From Ascidiaceihabitans sp. (lineage in GTDB: Bacteria; Pseudomonadota; Alphaproteobacteria; Rhodobacterales; Rhodobacteraceae), in the NCBI GenBank assembly GCA_047626725.1, contig JBLHSG010000004.1:78328-142327 (forward strand): a DNA stretch of 64,000 nt. The letters are read 5' to 3'. A program made the position numbers and the translations under genes. Below, piece after piece: positions 1 through 10,255 of this stretch (its first letter is position 1; every line of letters begins with the position of its first letter). The notes under the pieces are model-generated. The model did not search any database, was not told the origin of the DNA, and saw nothing but the letters and a program-made list of their open reading frames with translations.

Positions 1-1133
1 TGCTTGGCATCTCAAAAGGTGCCTCTGCCGACGAGATCAAAAAAGGCTACCGCACCAAAGCCAAAGAACTGCACCCCGATCGCAATTCAGACAATCCGAA
101 GGCCGAAGAGCAATTCAAAGAAGCCAACGAAGCACACGAAATCCTAAAAGACGCTGAGAAAAAAGCAGCTTATGATCGCTATGGTCATGCCGCGTTCGAA
201 GGCGGAATGGGCGGCGGCGGCGGACGTGGCCAACAGGGTGGCGGCTTTGGCGGCGGCGGCCAGGGCGATTTTGGCAGCGCTTTTTCCGACATTTTCGACG
301 ACCTGTTTGGTGATTTTGCAGGCGGTCAACGTGGTGGCGGACGTGCAGCGCGCGGATCAGACCTGCGCTATAACTTGCGCGTCTCACTAGAGGACGCGTT
401 TAGCGGTCTGCAAAAACAAATCAACGTGCCAACATCTGTGGCCTGCGACCCCTGCAAAGGGTCCGGCGCCGAAGGTGGGGCCGAACCATCGACCTGCCCA
501 ACCTGCTCCGGCATGGGAAAAGTACGCGCGCAACAAGGGTTCTTTACCGTTGAACGCACGTGCCCAACCTGTTCCGGCCTAGGCCAAATCATCAACAACC
601 CCTGCAAATCTTGTGGTGGTGCCGGTCGCGTAGAAAAAGAACGCGCTTTGTCCGTCAACATCCCCGCAGGTGTCGAAACTGGCACACGTATCCGGCTGGC
701 TGGCGAAGGCGAAGCAGGCATGCGCGGTGGGCCCGCGGGTGATTTGTACATCTTTATCGAGGTGTCCGATCATGAATTGTTCGAACGCGATGGCGTTAAC
801 TTGTTCTGCCGTGTTCCCGTTTCAATGAGCACTGCGGCCCTTGGTGGCAGCATCGAAGTACCAACAATTGACGGCGGTCGTGGGCGCGTTCAAATCCCGT
901 CAGGCAGCCAATCAGGCCGCCAAATGCGCCTACGCAGCAAAGGCATGCCTGCCCTACGCGGCGGCGCATCGGGCGACATGTTCATCGAACTGGCCGTCGA
1001 AACGCCCGTAAACTTGACGAGCAGACAAAAAGAACTGCTCAAGGAATTTGACGAGCTATCCTCGGAAAACAATCCTGAAAGCAGCAGCTTTTTCTCTTCG
1101 GTCAAATCCTTTTGGGATTCGATGAAAGGCTAG
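1..1133 (+). CDS. dnaJ: Chaperone DnaJ (5' end outside window)
   Basis: Frame open from nt 3: [16 protein letters not shown]...LHPDRN (J-domain HPD motif), G/F-rich linker, four CxxCxGxG zinc repeats; in frame with ORF 207..1133. Confidence 0.98.
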   Translation, partial: LGISKGASADEIKKGYRTKAKELHPDRNSDNPKAEEQFKEANEAHEILKDAEKKAAYDRYGHAAFEGGMGGGGGRGQQGGGFGGGGQGDFGSAFSDIFDDLFGDFAGGQRGGGRAARGSDLRYNLRVSLEDAFSGLQKQINVPTSVACDPCKGSGAEGGAEPSTCPTCSGMGKVRAQQGFFTVERTCPTCSGLGQIINNPCKSCGGAGRVEKERALSVNIPAGVETGTRIRLAGEGEAGMRGGPAGDLYIFIEVSDHELFERDGVNLFCRVPVSMSTAALGGSIEVPTIDGGRGRVQIPSGSQSGRQMRLRSKGMPALRGGASGDMFIELAVETPVNLTSRQKELLKEFDELSSENNPESSSFFSSVKSFWDSMKG

Positions 1134-1139
1134 CCACCT

Positions 1140-1155
1140 TTAACCTTTTGATAAC
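1140..1155 (+). promoter_or_regulatory. Putative CtrA box upstream of radC
   Basis: TTAA-CCTTTTG-ATAAC, one mismatch to TTAA-N7-TTAAC, in the 44-bp dnaJ-radC gap. Confidence 0.5.
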
Positions 1156-1177
1156 TGCGATTTGCGAGGCTGTGTTT

Positions 1178-1948
1178 ATGACACAGCCTCCAAACATACC
1201 CCACGCATTTGCCGAAATGGGTAGCCTGTTCGATATGGACGAGGCGCAAACCGTGCCTTTGCCCGGCGGTAAATTACCATCCTATATCGCAGACCACCGC
1301 GCACGATTGCGCGCCCGTTTCACCGCTGGTGGGGCGACCGCATTACCCGATTATGAACTGCTAGAATTGGTCTTGTTCCGGGCAATACCCAGACGCGACG
1401 TCAAACCGCTCGCCCATATGTTGATGGGCACGTTCGGTGACTTTAACCGCGTTATCACAGCCCCAATTGAACGGTTAAAAGAGATAAAAGGCGTCGGCGA
1501 TGCTGTTGTAACAGAGTTGAAGATCGTAGAGGCAGCGGCCCACCGAATGGCCCGCGCCAAAGTGATGCACAGGCATATTTTAACCAGCTGGGACGCTTTG
1601 ATTGACTACTGCCACACAACCATGGCCCATCGCGAAACAGAGCAGTTTCGCGTGCTGTACTTAGATCGCAAGAACACGCTGATCGCTGACGAAGAACAGG
1701 CCAAAGGCACTGTGGATCATGTGCCAGTTTACCCTCGTGAAGTTGCCAAGCGCGCCTTGGAATTGAACGCTAGCGCCATTATTTTGGTGCACAATCATCC
1801 ATCCGGTGACCCAACGCCGTCACAACAGGATATTGATATGACGAACCAAATTCTTGCCGCCTGTCAGGCGCTGAACCTGACCCTTCATGATCATCTGATT
1901 ATCGGTAAATCACGCGATCTTAGTTTTCGAGCAGACGGGTACCTTTAG
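1178..1948 (+). CDS. radC: RadC family JAB/MPN-domain protein
   Basis: [11 protein letters not shown], HhH-like [11 protein letters not shown] motif E...[15 protein letters not shown]...LHDHLII; start taken at ATG 1178 (ORF track start 1112 overlaps dnaJ). Confidence 0.93.
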   Translation: MTQPPNIPHAFAEMGSLFDMDEAQTVPLPGGKLPSYIADHRARLRARFTAGGATALPDYELLELVLFRAIPRRDVKPLAHMLMGTFGDFNRVITAPIERLKEIKGVGDAVVTELKIVEAAAHRMARAKVMHRHILTSWDALIDYCHTTMAHRETEQFRVLYLDRKNTLIADEEQAKGTVDHVPVYPREVAKRALELNASAIILVHNHPSGDPTPSQQDIDMTNQILAACQALNLTLHDHLIIGKSRDLSFRADGYL

Positions 1949-3504
1949 CGTACCCAAACCTCGACGCGGCGATTGGCTTGGCGACCCCATTCACTGTCGT
2001 CACAGGCCATTGGCAATGCCTCTCCGAACGCATCGACACCCAGCGCCAAGCGATCCAAATTTGCAGTTTCAGCGGCTAAAATGACGGCGCGCTGCACCGC
2101 TTCGGCGCGGCGCAAAGCGATGTCGCGATTTGCCTTGGCCGCACCTTCACCGTCACTAAACCCAACAAACAACATTTGGCGCGCATCATATTTGCCGATC
2201 TCTAGCGCGCGCGCCAATTGCTGAACATTAGATCGCGATTGCGCATCCAGCCGGATTGAACCCGCCTCAAAGCGGAAAGACGTCGTCAAGCGCGCCATAC
2301 CCGTCAACGTACGGGTCATTCGCTGCAGCTCTTCCAACGTGATTTCAGGTCCTGCCGTGGTGATCGCATTGGCGAAACGATTTCCCTGTTCAGCGATCTG
2401 AACTTCTTCTGGTGCTTGATCGACAAAGCCTGCGCGCCGGATCAAAATTTGCGCCGATGGCCCACGCGTATACGCCAGAAAATCCCGACCAACTTTGGGC
2501 AAACGTCGCGCCGGAAGATAAAGGAACATCGGTGCGGTCAGCGGGTAATCTTCGGTTTTGATCGTGCGTCGCGCCGCCGACAACGAGAAACCGCAACTGC
2601 CCTTTAATGTCAGAACGTGGGCGTTTCCGGTTTCTGCGTAGCTGGCGATGCCAATGGCAAATGGGTGCTTGGATACGGTCAAGGCAAGGTCTGCGCCACG
2701 CGCATGGCGAAACACCCGATCAGACATCGCCATGTTTGCGGGTTTCAAAACCTGATCATCAACGGCCTGCGCGAGCCCCGTATCTGCGCTTAGCATGTGC
2801 AAATCAATCGGCGCGTCAGGTCCGCCCAAATCAACCCAATTTGTAATGCGACCTGCGAACACTTCGGCAAGGTTCACAGGTGAAATGGAGCGGACCGGAT
2901 TGGACGCAGCCACAATCGGCACCACCGCATCCAGTGCCAAAACACGACTGCGATTGGCTTTGGTCATGTCGCCCATGCCCGCCTCGCGCGCGCGTTGCCG
3001 TTCACCCGACCGGATTTCTCGCAAAGCCATCACGATGTCCGCCTCGTTTGCCAATAAATCAGCAAACCCTTCGTCTGTGTTGGTGACACGAAAGTTAAAT
3101 TTTGCCGCCAGTTTATCCGTTTTTTCGTTGAACAGACTGTAAACAAAACGCGTTGGTCCTGTGGTTTTACGTTCTGTTCGAAATCCGTGGCGCAGCGCGA
3201 AACCTTCGATTAGCGCAGGCATCAAAACGGACCCCATCGTCGCGGAACCCGAAACCGCCAGCTCTGCTACAAAATCCTGAAGGTTGGGGCACGCAGGCCC
3301 ATCACAAATCACACCTGACCCGTCGACGGTTAGTTCACCATAGACAGTTGTCAGCCGATAAAATTCGCCATCAAACCCCAAAAGGGTGCCGCTAAGTTCA
3401 ACCTGACCATCAGGCGACGTTAGCGTCACGTCTTGGGCTTGGGCAAATCCCGACAGCGTAAAAAGAAAAAGAGCGACGTAGGCCGCCGCTCGTTTCAAGG
3501 TCAT
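1945..3504 (-). CDS. Exported PstS-like substrate-binding domain fused to a C-terminal OmpA-like peptidoglycan-binding domain
   Basis: Signal peptide ending FAQA; PBP-like segments ([23 protein letters not shown]); OmpA-like C-terminus ([28 protein letters not shown]). Confidence 0.8.
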   Translation of the reverse strand: MTLKRAAAYVALFLFTLSGFAQAQDVTLTSPDGQVELSGTLLGFDGEFYRLTTVYGELTVDGSGVICDGPACPNLQDFVAELAVSGSATMGSVLMPALIEGFALRHGFRTERKTTGPTRFVYSLFNEKTDKLAAKFNFRVTNTDEGFADLLANEADIVMALREIRSGERQRAREAGMGDMTKANRSRVLALDAVVPIVAASNPVRSISPVNLAEVFAGRITNWVDLGGPDAPIDLHMLSADTGLAQAVDDQVLKPANMAMSDRVFRHARGADLALTVSKHPFAIGIASYAETGNAHVLTLKGSCGFSLSAARRTIKTEDYPLTAPMFLYLPARRLPKVGRDFLAYTRGPSAQILIRRAGFVDQAPEEVQIAEQGNRFANAITTAGPEITLEELQRMTRTLTGMARLTTSFRFEAGSIRLDAQSRSNVQQLARALEIGKYDARQMLFVGFSDGEGAAKANRDIALRRAEAVQRAVILAAETANLDRLALGVDAFGEALPMACDDSEWGRQANRRVEVWVR

Positions 3505-3523
3505 GACCGATCCTATCGCAGCT

Positions 3524-4522
3524 TTAGTTGCTGGCGACTTTCAGGTCTTGGACAAGATTATTCAACACCAGAAAGCTACCTTTTGCGTCACATTCCGGTA
3601 CGGCAAGGGTCAAATCTTGGGTTTTGACCTTTCCGCTTTGTAATTCTAGCGATTGTGCTTCGATTTCGAGGCCACAATTCATCAAGGTCACTTCTGCTTC
3701 GACGCTCAAATCGATGGTCCCGTCTTGGGCACCCATTCCGGTTGGAAAGGTGTAAATCTCTGCCATAAACGGCGACAATACAGATGCACTGCCCAACCGA
3801 ACCAAGAAACCTTTGGCAGAATCAACTGCAGATACGTCGCGCATTTCGCCTGCCCAGACGTGACCATCTTGACCGTAATTTGCGCCAAATTCGCGAGCGT
3901 GCATTTCAAATCCTGCGTCGCCCTTCCATTGGATCGCAGTGCGGTCGTATTGGCCAAGGTCCGGAACCTGAACTTGTGCAACTGCGCCTTCGCCATTCGG
4001 GAACGCAAAGATCACAACTGCGTCTTCGGCCATGGCGGGTACGGAGACCTTTAGACTACCATCACGCGCAGTCGATTGCGTGAACATCATACCGTTGTGA
4101 TGCACCGTGACGTTTTCATTTGGCATGCAAGGCGCGGTCAAACTGACGTCGATCATCGCCCCTTTGGACGCGATCGCCATCGCGGAAATGTCGCATGATG
4201 CAGCCGGAACTGACGTATCCAATTCCGGTGCCGCCAATCCATTAACCGGCGCAGAGGCAAGCTGAACACCCGCCTCAGGGGTCACAATCACATCCATAGG
4301 CGTGGTTTGCGCGGACGTCAGCGTAATGTCCTGCACCTCTAGAAACGCGCCTGCAGAATTGGCCGCGACAATCGACGACGCGATTTCGGTTGGTGTATTT
4401 TCTTGTGCAACATCACTGTAACGCTGCTTGGCGGTATCACCGCTTTGCATAATAAAACCAATGCCGACAGCACACGTAAGTGTACCAGCCGCAGTTAACA
4501 CTTCTCTGGTCTTTAACATCAT
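3524..4522 (-). CDS. Hypothetical membrane-anchored or exported protein
   Basis: 332-aa ORF with N-terminal hydrophobic helix (VLTAAGTLTCAVGIGFIM), low-complexity linker and beta-rich Cys-containing C-terminal region; no family recognised. Confidence 0.75.
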   Translation of the reverse strand: MMLKTREVLTAAGTLTCAVGIGFIMQSGDTAKQRYSDVAQENTPTEIASSIVAANSAGAFLEVQDITLTSAQTTPMDVIVTPEAGVQLASAPVNGLAAPELDTSVPAASCDISAMAIASKGAMIDVSLTAPCMPNENVTVHHNGMMFTQSTARDGSLKVSVPAMAEDAVVIFAFPNGEGAVAQVQVPDLGQYDRTAIQWKGDAGFEMHAREFGANYGQDGHVWAGEMRDVSAVDSAKGFLVRLGSASVLSPFMAEIYTFPTGMGAQDGTIDLSVEAEVTLMNCGLEIEAQSLELQSGKVKTQDLTLAVPECDAKGSFLVLNNLVQDLKVASN

Positions 4523-4597
4523 CCTGTTCCTTCTGGCGGAATAGCTCAGAAGGTTTTTGGCAGGGAAAAGGGGCCGAGTTGTGACCGCTTGAGGGAC

Positions 4598-4634
4598 TCA
4601 TTGCGGCAAGACTTTGACAACCTTGCCGCAATGA
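4598..4634. terminator. 13-bp perfect inverted repeat just downstream of secA
   Basis: TCATTGCGGCAAG-N11-CTTGCCGCAATGA, 5 nt after the secA stop; no U-tract in the secA direction. Confidence 0.5.
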
Positions 4635-4639
4635 ATGTG

Positions 4640-7336
4640 TTAGGCGACGCGCCCGTGGCAGTGTTTGAATTTTTCGCCAGACCCGCAAGGACACGGATTG
4701 TTGCGGCCAGGATTACCCCACGTGGAGGAATCATTTTCGACAAATCCGGCTGCCAATGCTTCGGCTGTTGGGGCCGGTGTCGCTGGTGCTGCTTCTACTT
4801 CGCGTGCGGCTTGTTCAATCGCCATTTGCTCGGCCATGGTTTGCTGTTCTTCTGCGGTCATTGGGCGGATTTGACCCAATTTCTTTGTCACATCTTCGCG
4901 CAGGGAATCGAGCATGGTTTCAAACAAGTGGAACGATTCATTTTTGTATTCGTTCAATGGATCACGCTGTGCGTAACCACGGAAACCAACCACAGATCGC
5001 AAGTGTTCAAGCGTCAAAAGATGCTCGCGCCATTTGCCGTCGATCGATTGCAGCAACAACTGCTTTTCGATGATCCGCATGTTTTCGGCACCAAAGGATT
5101 CGGTTTTGGCCGCCATCATTTCATCCGTCGCCGCCATCAGACGTTCGCGAACTTGCTCGTCATCGACGCCTTCTTCTTCGCACCATTCCATAACCGGCGC
5201 GTCGATGCCCAGCTGTTCAATCACCGCGGCATACAGCCCTTCGGTGTTCCATTGATCAGCATAAGATCCGGCAGGCATGTAGGTGTCGACAAGCTCGTCA
5301 ATCACCTCGGACCGCATGTCGTTCGTGACGTCAGACAGGTCTTCGGATTCCATGATTTCGCGACGCTGGCCAAAGATAACTTTGCGCTGGTCGTTCATCA
5401 CGTCATCGAATTTTAGCAGCTGTTTGCGGATGTCAAAGTTACGGCCTTCGACCTTGGCTTGCGCCCGTTCCAGCGATTTGTTGACCCATGGGTGAACGAT
5501 CGCTTCGCCTTCTTCGAGGCCAAGGGTCGTCAGGACTTTTTCCAAACGCTCGGAGCCAAAAATGCGCATCAGATCGTCTTCGAGGCTAAGGTAGAACGAC
5601 GTGCGACCCGGATCACCCTGACGGCCAGCACGGCCACGCAACTGGTTATCGATGCGACGGCTTTCGTGACGTTCAGAGGCCAGAACAAACAGGCCACCGG
5701 CACCCTTAACGTTTTTCTTTTCTTCCGATGTTTCGGCTTCGATACGCGTGCGGATTTCTTCGGGGTCCGCCTCAGGATCGGCAGTGATCGCTTGCAGCAC
5801 TTTCATTTCGGCGTTGCCGCCCAGCTGAATATCCGTGCCACGACCGGCCATGTTTGTCGCGATAGTGACCGCGCCCAGTTTGCCAGCATCTGCGATAATC
5901 TGTGCTTCTTGTTCGTGCTGACGCGCATTCAAAACGTTGTGCGTGATGCCTGCGTCAGTCAGCATTTGGCTGAACATCTCAGATTTTTCGATAGACGTGG
6001 TGCCGACCAAAACAGGCTGATTTTTTTTGTGGGCCTCTTTGATTTCGCCAATCATCGCTTCGTATTTTTCACGACCTGTGCGGAACACTTGATCGTCTTC
6101 ATCCACGCGCGAGATATCGCGGTTTGTCGGGACTTCGATCACGCCCAGCCCATAGATTTCGCTAAATTCTGATGCTTCGGTCGATGCTGTACCGGTCATA
6201 CCCGCCAGTTTCGAATACAGGCGGAAATAGTTCTGGTAGGTCACAGAGGCTAGCGTCGTGTTTTCCGGCATGATTTTCACGCCTTCTTTGGCTTCGATCG
6301 CTTGGTGCAAACCGTCACCCAAACGACGACCAGACATCATGCGTCCAGTGAATTCATCGATCAACATAACTTCGCCGTCACGCACGATGTAATCTTTGTC
6401 TTTGGTAAACAGTTTGTGAGCACGCAAACCTTGGTTAACGTGGTGAACGATAGACGTGGATTCAGGATCGTACAGGTTCTGCTCTGCTTCAAGCAGACCG
6501 CGGATACGCAACTGTTCTTCGAGGAACTCGTTGCCTTCATCCGTGAACGTCACGTTGCGGGTTTTCTCGTCTAATTCGAAATGTTCATCTTCAACAAACG
6601 GGATCAAAGCATCGATCGCCGTGTACATTTCTGAACGATCTTCGGCAGGGCCAGAGATAACCAAAGGTGTGCGCGCTTCATCGATCAGGATCGAGTCGAC
6701 TTCGTCCACGATGGCAAAGTTGTGTTTCTTTTGGAAAATCTGGGACAGCTCGGCCTTCATGTTGTCGCGCAGATAATCAAAGCCCAATTCGTTGTTTGTC
6801 GCGTAGGTAATGTCGCAGGCATAGGCGGCGCGTTTTTCGTCTTCGGGCATATTGGCGACAACAAAACCGGTTGTCAGACCCAGCGCGCTAAAGACATTGG
6901 CCATCCATTGCGCATCACGTTGCACAAGGTATTCGTTAACCGTCACGACGTGAACGCCGTCACCTGTCAGGGCATTCAGGTAGGCAGGAAAGGTCGCGAC
7001 AAGTGTCTTGCCTTCGCCTGTTTTCATCTCGGCGACGTTGCCGTTGTGCAGGAAAATCCCGCCCATCAACTGAACATCAAAGGCACGCAAACCCAAAGCA
7101 CGGCGGGCAGCCTCGCGGCAGTTCGCAAACGCTTCGGGCAGCAGGCTGTCTAGGCTTTCGCCCCCGATCGCGCGTTTACGCAATTCTTCGGTCTTTTCGA
7201 TCAGACCTTCATCGCTCAATTTCTCGAACTCGGGCTCTAGCGCATTGATCTGTTCGACCTGCGGGCGCACGGCTTTGACCTTGCGATCATTAGGTGTGCC
7301 AAAAATCTTTTTGGCGAGTGTTTTCATACCGAGCAT
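4640..7336 (-). CDS. secA: Preprotein translocase ATPase SecA
   Basis: [52 protein letters not shown]-terminal SEC-C motif [14 protein letters not shown]. Confidence 0.99.
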   Translation of the reverse strand: MLGMKTLAKKIFGTPNDRKVKAVRPQVEQINALEPEFEKLSDEGLIEKTEELRKRAIGGESLDSLLPEAFANCREAARRALGLRAFDVQLMGGIFLHNGNVAEMKTGEGKTLVATFPAYLNALTGDGVHVVTVNEYLVQRDAQWMANVFSALGLTTGFVVANMPEDEKRAAYACDITYATNNELGFDYLRDNMKAELSQIFQKKHNFAIVDEVDSILIDEARTPLVISGPAEDRSEMYTAIDALIPFVEDEHFELDEKTRNVTFTDEGNEFLEEQLRIRGLLEAEQNLYDPESTSIVHHVNQGLRAHKLFTKDKDYIVRDGEVMLIDEFTGRMMSGRRLGDGLHQAIEAKEGVKIMPENTTLASVTYQNYFRLYSKLAGMTGTASTEASEFSEIYGLGVIEVPTNRDISRVDEDDQVFRTGREKYEAMIGEIKEAHKKNQPVLVGTTSIEKSEMFSQMLTDAGITHNVLNARQHEQEAQIIADAGKLGAVTIATNMAGRGTDIQLGGNAEMKVLQAITADPEADPEEIRTRIEAETSEEKKNVKGAGGLFVLASERHESRRIDNQLRGRAGRQGDPGRTSFYLSLEDDLMRIFGSERLEKVLTTLGLEEGEAIVHPWVNKSLERAQAKVEGRNFDIRKQLLKFDDVMNDQRKVIFGQRREIMESEDLSDVTNDMRSEVIDELVDTYMPAGSYADQWNTEGLYAAVIEQLGIDAPVMEWCEEEGVDDEQVRERLMAATDEMMAAKTESFGAENMRIIEKQLLLQSIDGKWREHLLTLEHLRSVVGFRGYAQRDPLNEYKNESFHLFETMLDSLREDVTKKLGQIRPMTAEEQQTMAEQMAIEQAAREVEAAPATPAPTAEALAAGFVENDSSTWGNPGRNNPCPCGSGEKFKHCHGRVA

Positions 7337-7522
7337 GCGATCTCCAGACGATGGTTAGTTGTGTTTGCCAGCAAGTGGCCTGTCCGCTCTTGCCCGACCC
7401 GCACGCAGCCAATAGATAGTACGTCAATGACGTTCCAAGCGGCGCCCATAGGGCGATGTAAGGGTCGCGTCAAACAGTGTCAATGTTACGCCATGCCGTG
7501 ACCTTATCGATAGGATCAAACG

Positions 7523-8362
7523 ATGCAAAAACCTCTCAGCTTTGTGGCCGCTCTTGGGCTTGCCGTAACTCTTGCCATGCCCGCCAAAGCGCAGGATGCC
7601 AGCACCGTAGTTGCAAAAGTCAACGATACCGAAATCACCATCGGTCACATGATCGTGGCGCGCGCATCCTTGCCCGAACAGTACCAGCAGTTGCCAGATG
7701 AAGTTTTGTTCACCGGTATTCTGGACCAGTTGATTCAACAAACCGCTCTGGCCGATAGCTTTGATGGCGAATTGCCTTTGCGCGTCAAAGTATCGATCGA
7801 AAACGAAACCCGTTCGTTGATCGCCGGTGAACGGCTTGATTCAGCACTTGGGTCCGCAATCACACCTGAAATTGTGCAAAAAACTTTTGATGAACGGTAT
7901 GGCGATCAAGAACCTGAAACAGAATTCAACGCCTCGCACATCCTTGTCGAAACCGAAGAAGAAGCTGTCGAACTGATTGCAGCACTTGAATCCGGCGATG
8001 ATTTTGCCGCCCTCGCACGCGAAAAATCCACAGGCCCGTCTGGTCCCGGTGGCGGATCGCTAGGTTGGTTTGGTAAAGGCGCGATGGTTCCCGCATTTGA
8101 AACTGCAGTTTTGGATCTTGAAGTTGGTGCAGTATCCGCCCCGGTCAAAACTCAATTCGGCTGGCACGTCGTAAAATTGAACGAAACGCGAAAAGCAGGA
8201 TTGCCAACATTGGACAGTGTGCGCGACGAATTGGTCAGCGAAATCCAGGCAACTGTCGCAACATCCACAGTCGAAGCCGTGATGGCCAAGGCCACTGTCG
8301 ACAAACGGAACGTTGAGGCAATTGACCCAGCGATCCTGAAAAACCTCGCATTGATCGAGTAA
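7523..8362 (+). CDS. Exported PpiC/parvulin-type peptidyl-prolyl isomerase
   Basis: Signal peptide (AKA|QD), ASHILV, FAALAREKS, GGSLGWF, VKTQFGWHVVKL. Confidence 0.93.
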   Translation: MQKPLSFVAALGLAVTLAMPAKAQDASTVVAKVNDTEITIGHMIVARASLPEQYQQLPDEVLFTGILDQLIQQTALADSFDGELPLRVKVSIENETRSLIAGERLDSALGSAITPEIVQKTFDERYGDQEPETEFNASHILVETEEEAVELIAALESGDDFAALAREKSTGPSGPGGGSLGWFGKGAMVPAFETAVLDLEVGAVSAPVKTQFGWHVVKLNETRKAGLPTLDSVRDELVSEIQATVATSTVEAVMAKATVDKRNVEAIDPAILKNLALIE

Positions 8363-8368
8363 TCAGCA

Positions 8369-9595
8369 ATGGGAAGCACGCCAAAACGGTCACCGCTTGC
8401 ACCAACGAGCTTTCCTGACTTGCCGCCCGTCGCAGGCGTCACGTTTGCCACAGTCGAAGCCGGCGTGCGCTATTCCGGGCGCACGGACGTCATGCTGGCC
8501 AAAATGGTCGCAGGCACAACGATCGCCGGCGTCTTTACCAAATCAACGACGCGCGCCGCACCGGTGCTGGATTGCCAAGCCAAGCTAGGCGGCGATCCTT
8601 CGGGGCCTGCCGCGATCTTGGTAAATTCAGGCAATGCAAATGCGTTCACGGGGCGCAGCGGGCACGCGTCGGTTGATGCGATTACTTTGGCCGTTTCATC
8701 GATTTGTGACGTGCCGCAAGACCGCGTGTTTACATCATCGACTGGTGTTATTGGCGAACCATTGCCGCACGACCGCGTTACCGCCCAGCTTGAGACACTG
8801 AACTCCACACAATCGCCGGATAACGTCGCGAAAGCGGCCAGCGCGATCATGACCACCGACACCTATGCCAAAGGTGCGCACCAACGCATCGTGATCGACG
8901 GCAGGGCGGTGAATATCGTTGGTATCGCCAAAGGCTCAGGCATGATCGCGCCTGATATGGCAACGATGTTGGTCTATATTTTTACCGATGCTGTGGTTGA
9001 TCAAGACGCCTTGCAAACGCTGGTGTCGGACCTGTCTGACAAGACGTTCAATTGCATCACTGTCGACAGTGACACATCGACCTCGGACACATTATTGATG
9101 GCTGCAACAGGCGCATCTGGCGTGAACGCGGCGGGTGATGCTGGCTTTGCCAACGGGCTGCATTCTGTCATGTTGAACCTCGCCCACCAAGTTGTTCGTG
9201 ACGGCGAAGGTGCTACAAAATTTGTTGAGATTTCAGTCACCGGCGCGGTGGATAATGCGACTGCTCGCACCCACGCTTTGGCGATTGCCAACTCTCCGCT
9301 CGTCAAAACCGCAATCGCTGGCGAGGATCCGAATTGGGGTCGGATCGTTATGGCGATTGGTAAATCGGGTGCCCCAGCGGACCGTGATCTGATTTCAATC
9401 CGGTTCGGGGATGTTGTCGTGGCTGAAAACGGTTGGGTCAGCCCCAATTATGTCGAGGCAAAAGCCGCCGCATTGATGAAGCACGATGAGATCGAAATCG
9501 GTATTGATTTAGGCATGGGAACTGGGTCAGCTACGGTTTGGACCTGTGATTTAACCCATGGATACATCGAAATTAACGCGGACTATCGATCGTGA
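8369..9595 (+). CDS. argJ: Bifunctional glutamate N-acetyltransferase / amino-acid acetyltransferase
   Basis: NSGNANA, IMTTDT, AKGSGMIAPDMATML, DSDTSTSDT, DGEGATK, DPNWGRI, WTCDLTHGYIEINADYRS. Confidence 0.98.
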   Translation: MGSTPKRSPLAPTSFPDLPPVAGVTFATVEAGVRYSGRTDVMLAKMVAGTTIAGVFTKSTTRAAPVLDCQAKLGGDPSGPAAILVNSGNANAFTGRSGHASVDAITLAVSSICDVPQDRVFTSSTGVIGEPLPHDRVTAQLETLNSTQSPDNVAKAASAIMTTDTYAKGAHQRIVIDGRAVNIVGIAKGSGMIAPDMATMLVYIFTDAVVDQDALQTLVSDLSDKTFNCITVDSDTSTSDTLLMAATGASGVNAAGDAGFANGLHSVMLNLAHQVVRDGEGATKFVEISVTGAVDNATARTHALAIANSPLVKTAIAGEDPNWGRIVMAIGKSGAPADRDLISIRFGDVVVAENGWVSPNYVEAKAAALMKHDEIEIGIDLGMGTGSATVWTCDLTHGYIEINADYRS

Positions 9596-9990
9596 AAGTT
9601 GTTCTGGTTTCAGCCGTCGCCCTTATAGACGTCGACGGCCGCGTGCTGTTGGCACAACGCCCCGAAGGCAAATCAATGGCCGGTCTATGGGAATTCCCCG
9701 GCGGCAAAGTTGAGGCGGGCGAGACACCCGAAGTTGCCTTGGTGCGCGAGCTGGAAGAAGAGCTTGGCATTAACACATGGCAGTCCTGCCTCGCGCCGTT
9801 AACATTTGCCAGCCACAGCTACGATGATTTTCATTTGCTGATGCCGCTGTTTGCCTGTCGCAAATGGGAGGGCACACCAATCGGTCGTGAAAACCAAATG
9901 CTGAAATGGGTCCGTCCAAATGCCTTGCGTGATTATCCGATGCCTGCCGCAGACATTCCGTTAATTCCGATTTTGCGCGATTGGCTATAG
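9592..9990 (+). CDS. mutT: 8-oxo-dGTP diphosphatase (NUDIX)
   Basis: GLWEFPGGKVEAGETPEVALVRELEEELG NUDIX box; GTG start overlaps argJ stop. Confidence 0.9.
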   Translation: MKVVLVSAVALIDVDGRVLLAQRPEGKSMAGLWEFPGGKVEAGETPEVALVRELEEELGINTWQSCLAPLTFASHSYDDFHLLMPLFACRKWEGTPIGRENQMLKWVRPNALRDYPMPAADIPLIPILRDWL

Positions 9991-10070
9991 GTCAGCGAAC
10001 GCTGCTTTTCCGACCAGTTAACCTTTGAGATGCGTAATGATCCTGTGAATTCTGAACAGGAGATAAGGCA

Positions 10071-10193
10071 ATGTTGCGCACCATCACCCTAGGCAGCTGC
10101 ATTTCGGTGCAAGGCGTATTTCACAGTTTTCGACCAGGCGGCCTGATGGCTGTACGCGACGGAAACACGATTTATGTCGGCAAACCAGTCTGA
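10071..10193 (+). CDS. 40-aa small protein, below the ORF track cut-off
   Basis: AGGAGA RBS upstream of ATG; MLRTITLGSCISVQGVFHSFRPGGLMAVRDGNTIYVGKPV*; fills the mutT-infB gap and ends at a shared hairpin. Confidence 0.7.
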   Translation: MLRTITLGSCISVQGVFHSFRPGGLMAVRDGNTIYVGKPV

Positions 10194-10202
10194 TCCGGAA
10201 CG

Positions 10203-10232
10203 AAAAAGGGGAAGGCGTCATGCCCTCCCCTT
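10203..10232 (-). terminator. Intrinsic terminator of infB, probably bidirectional
   Basis: AAGGGGAAGGC-GTCAT-GCCCTCCCCTT stem; A5 at 10203-10207 gives a U-tract in the infB direction. Confidence 0.8.
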
Positions 10233-10255
10233 CTCTTATTCATGTTATTGCGAAA

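Noticed and set aside
4589-7248. Long plus-strand ORFs (275, 237, 143 aa and others) opposite secA
   Set aside because: Antisense shadows of a highly conserved gene; no RBS or recognisable motifs
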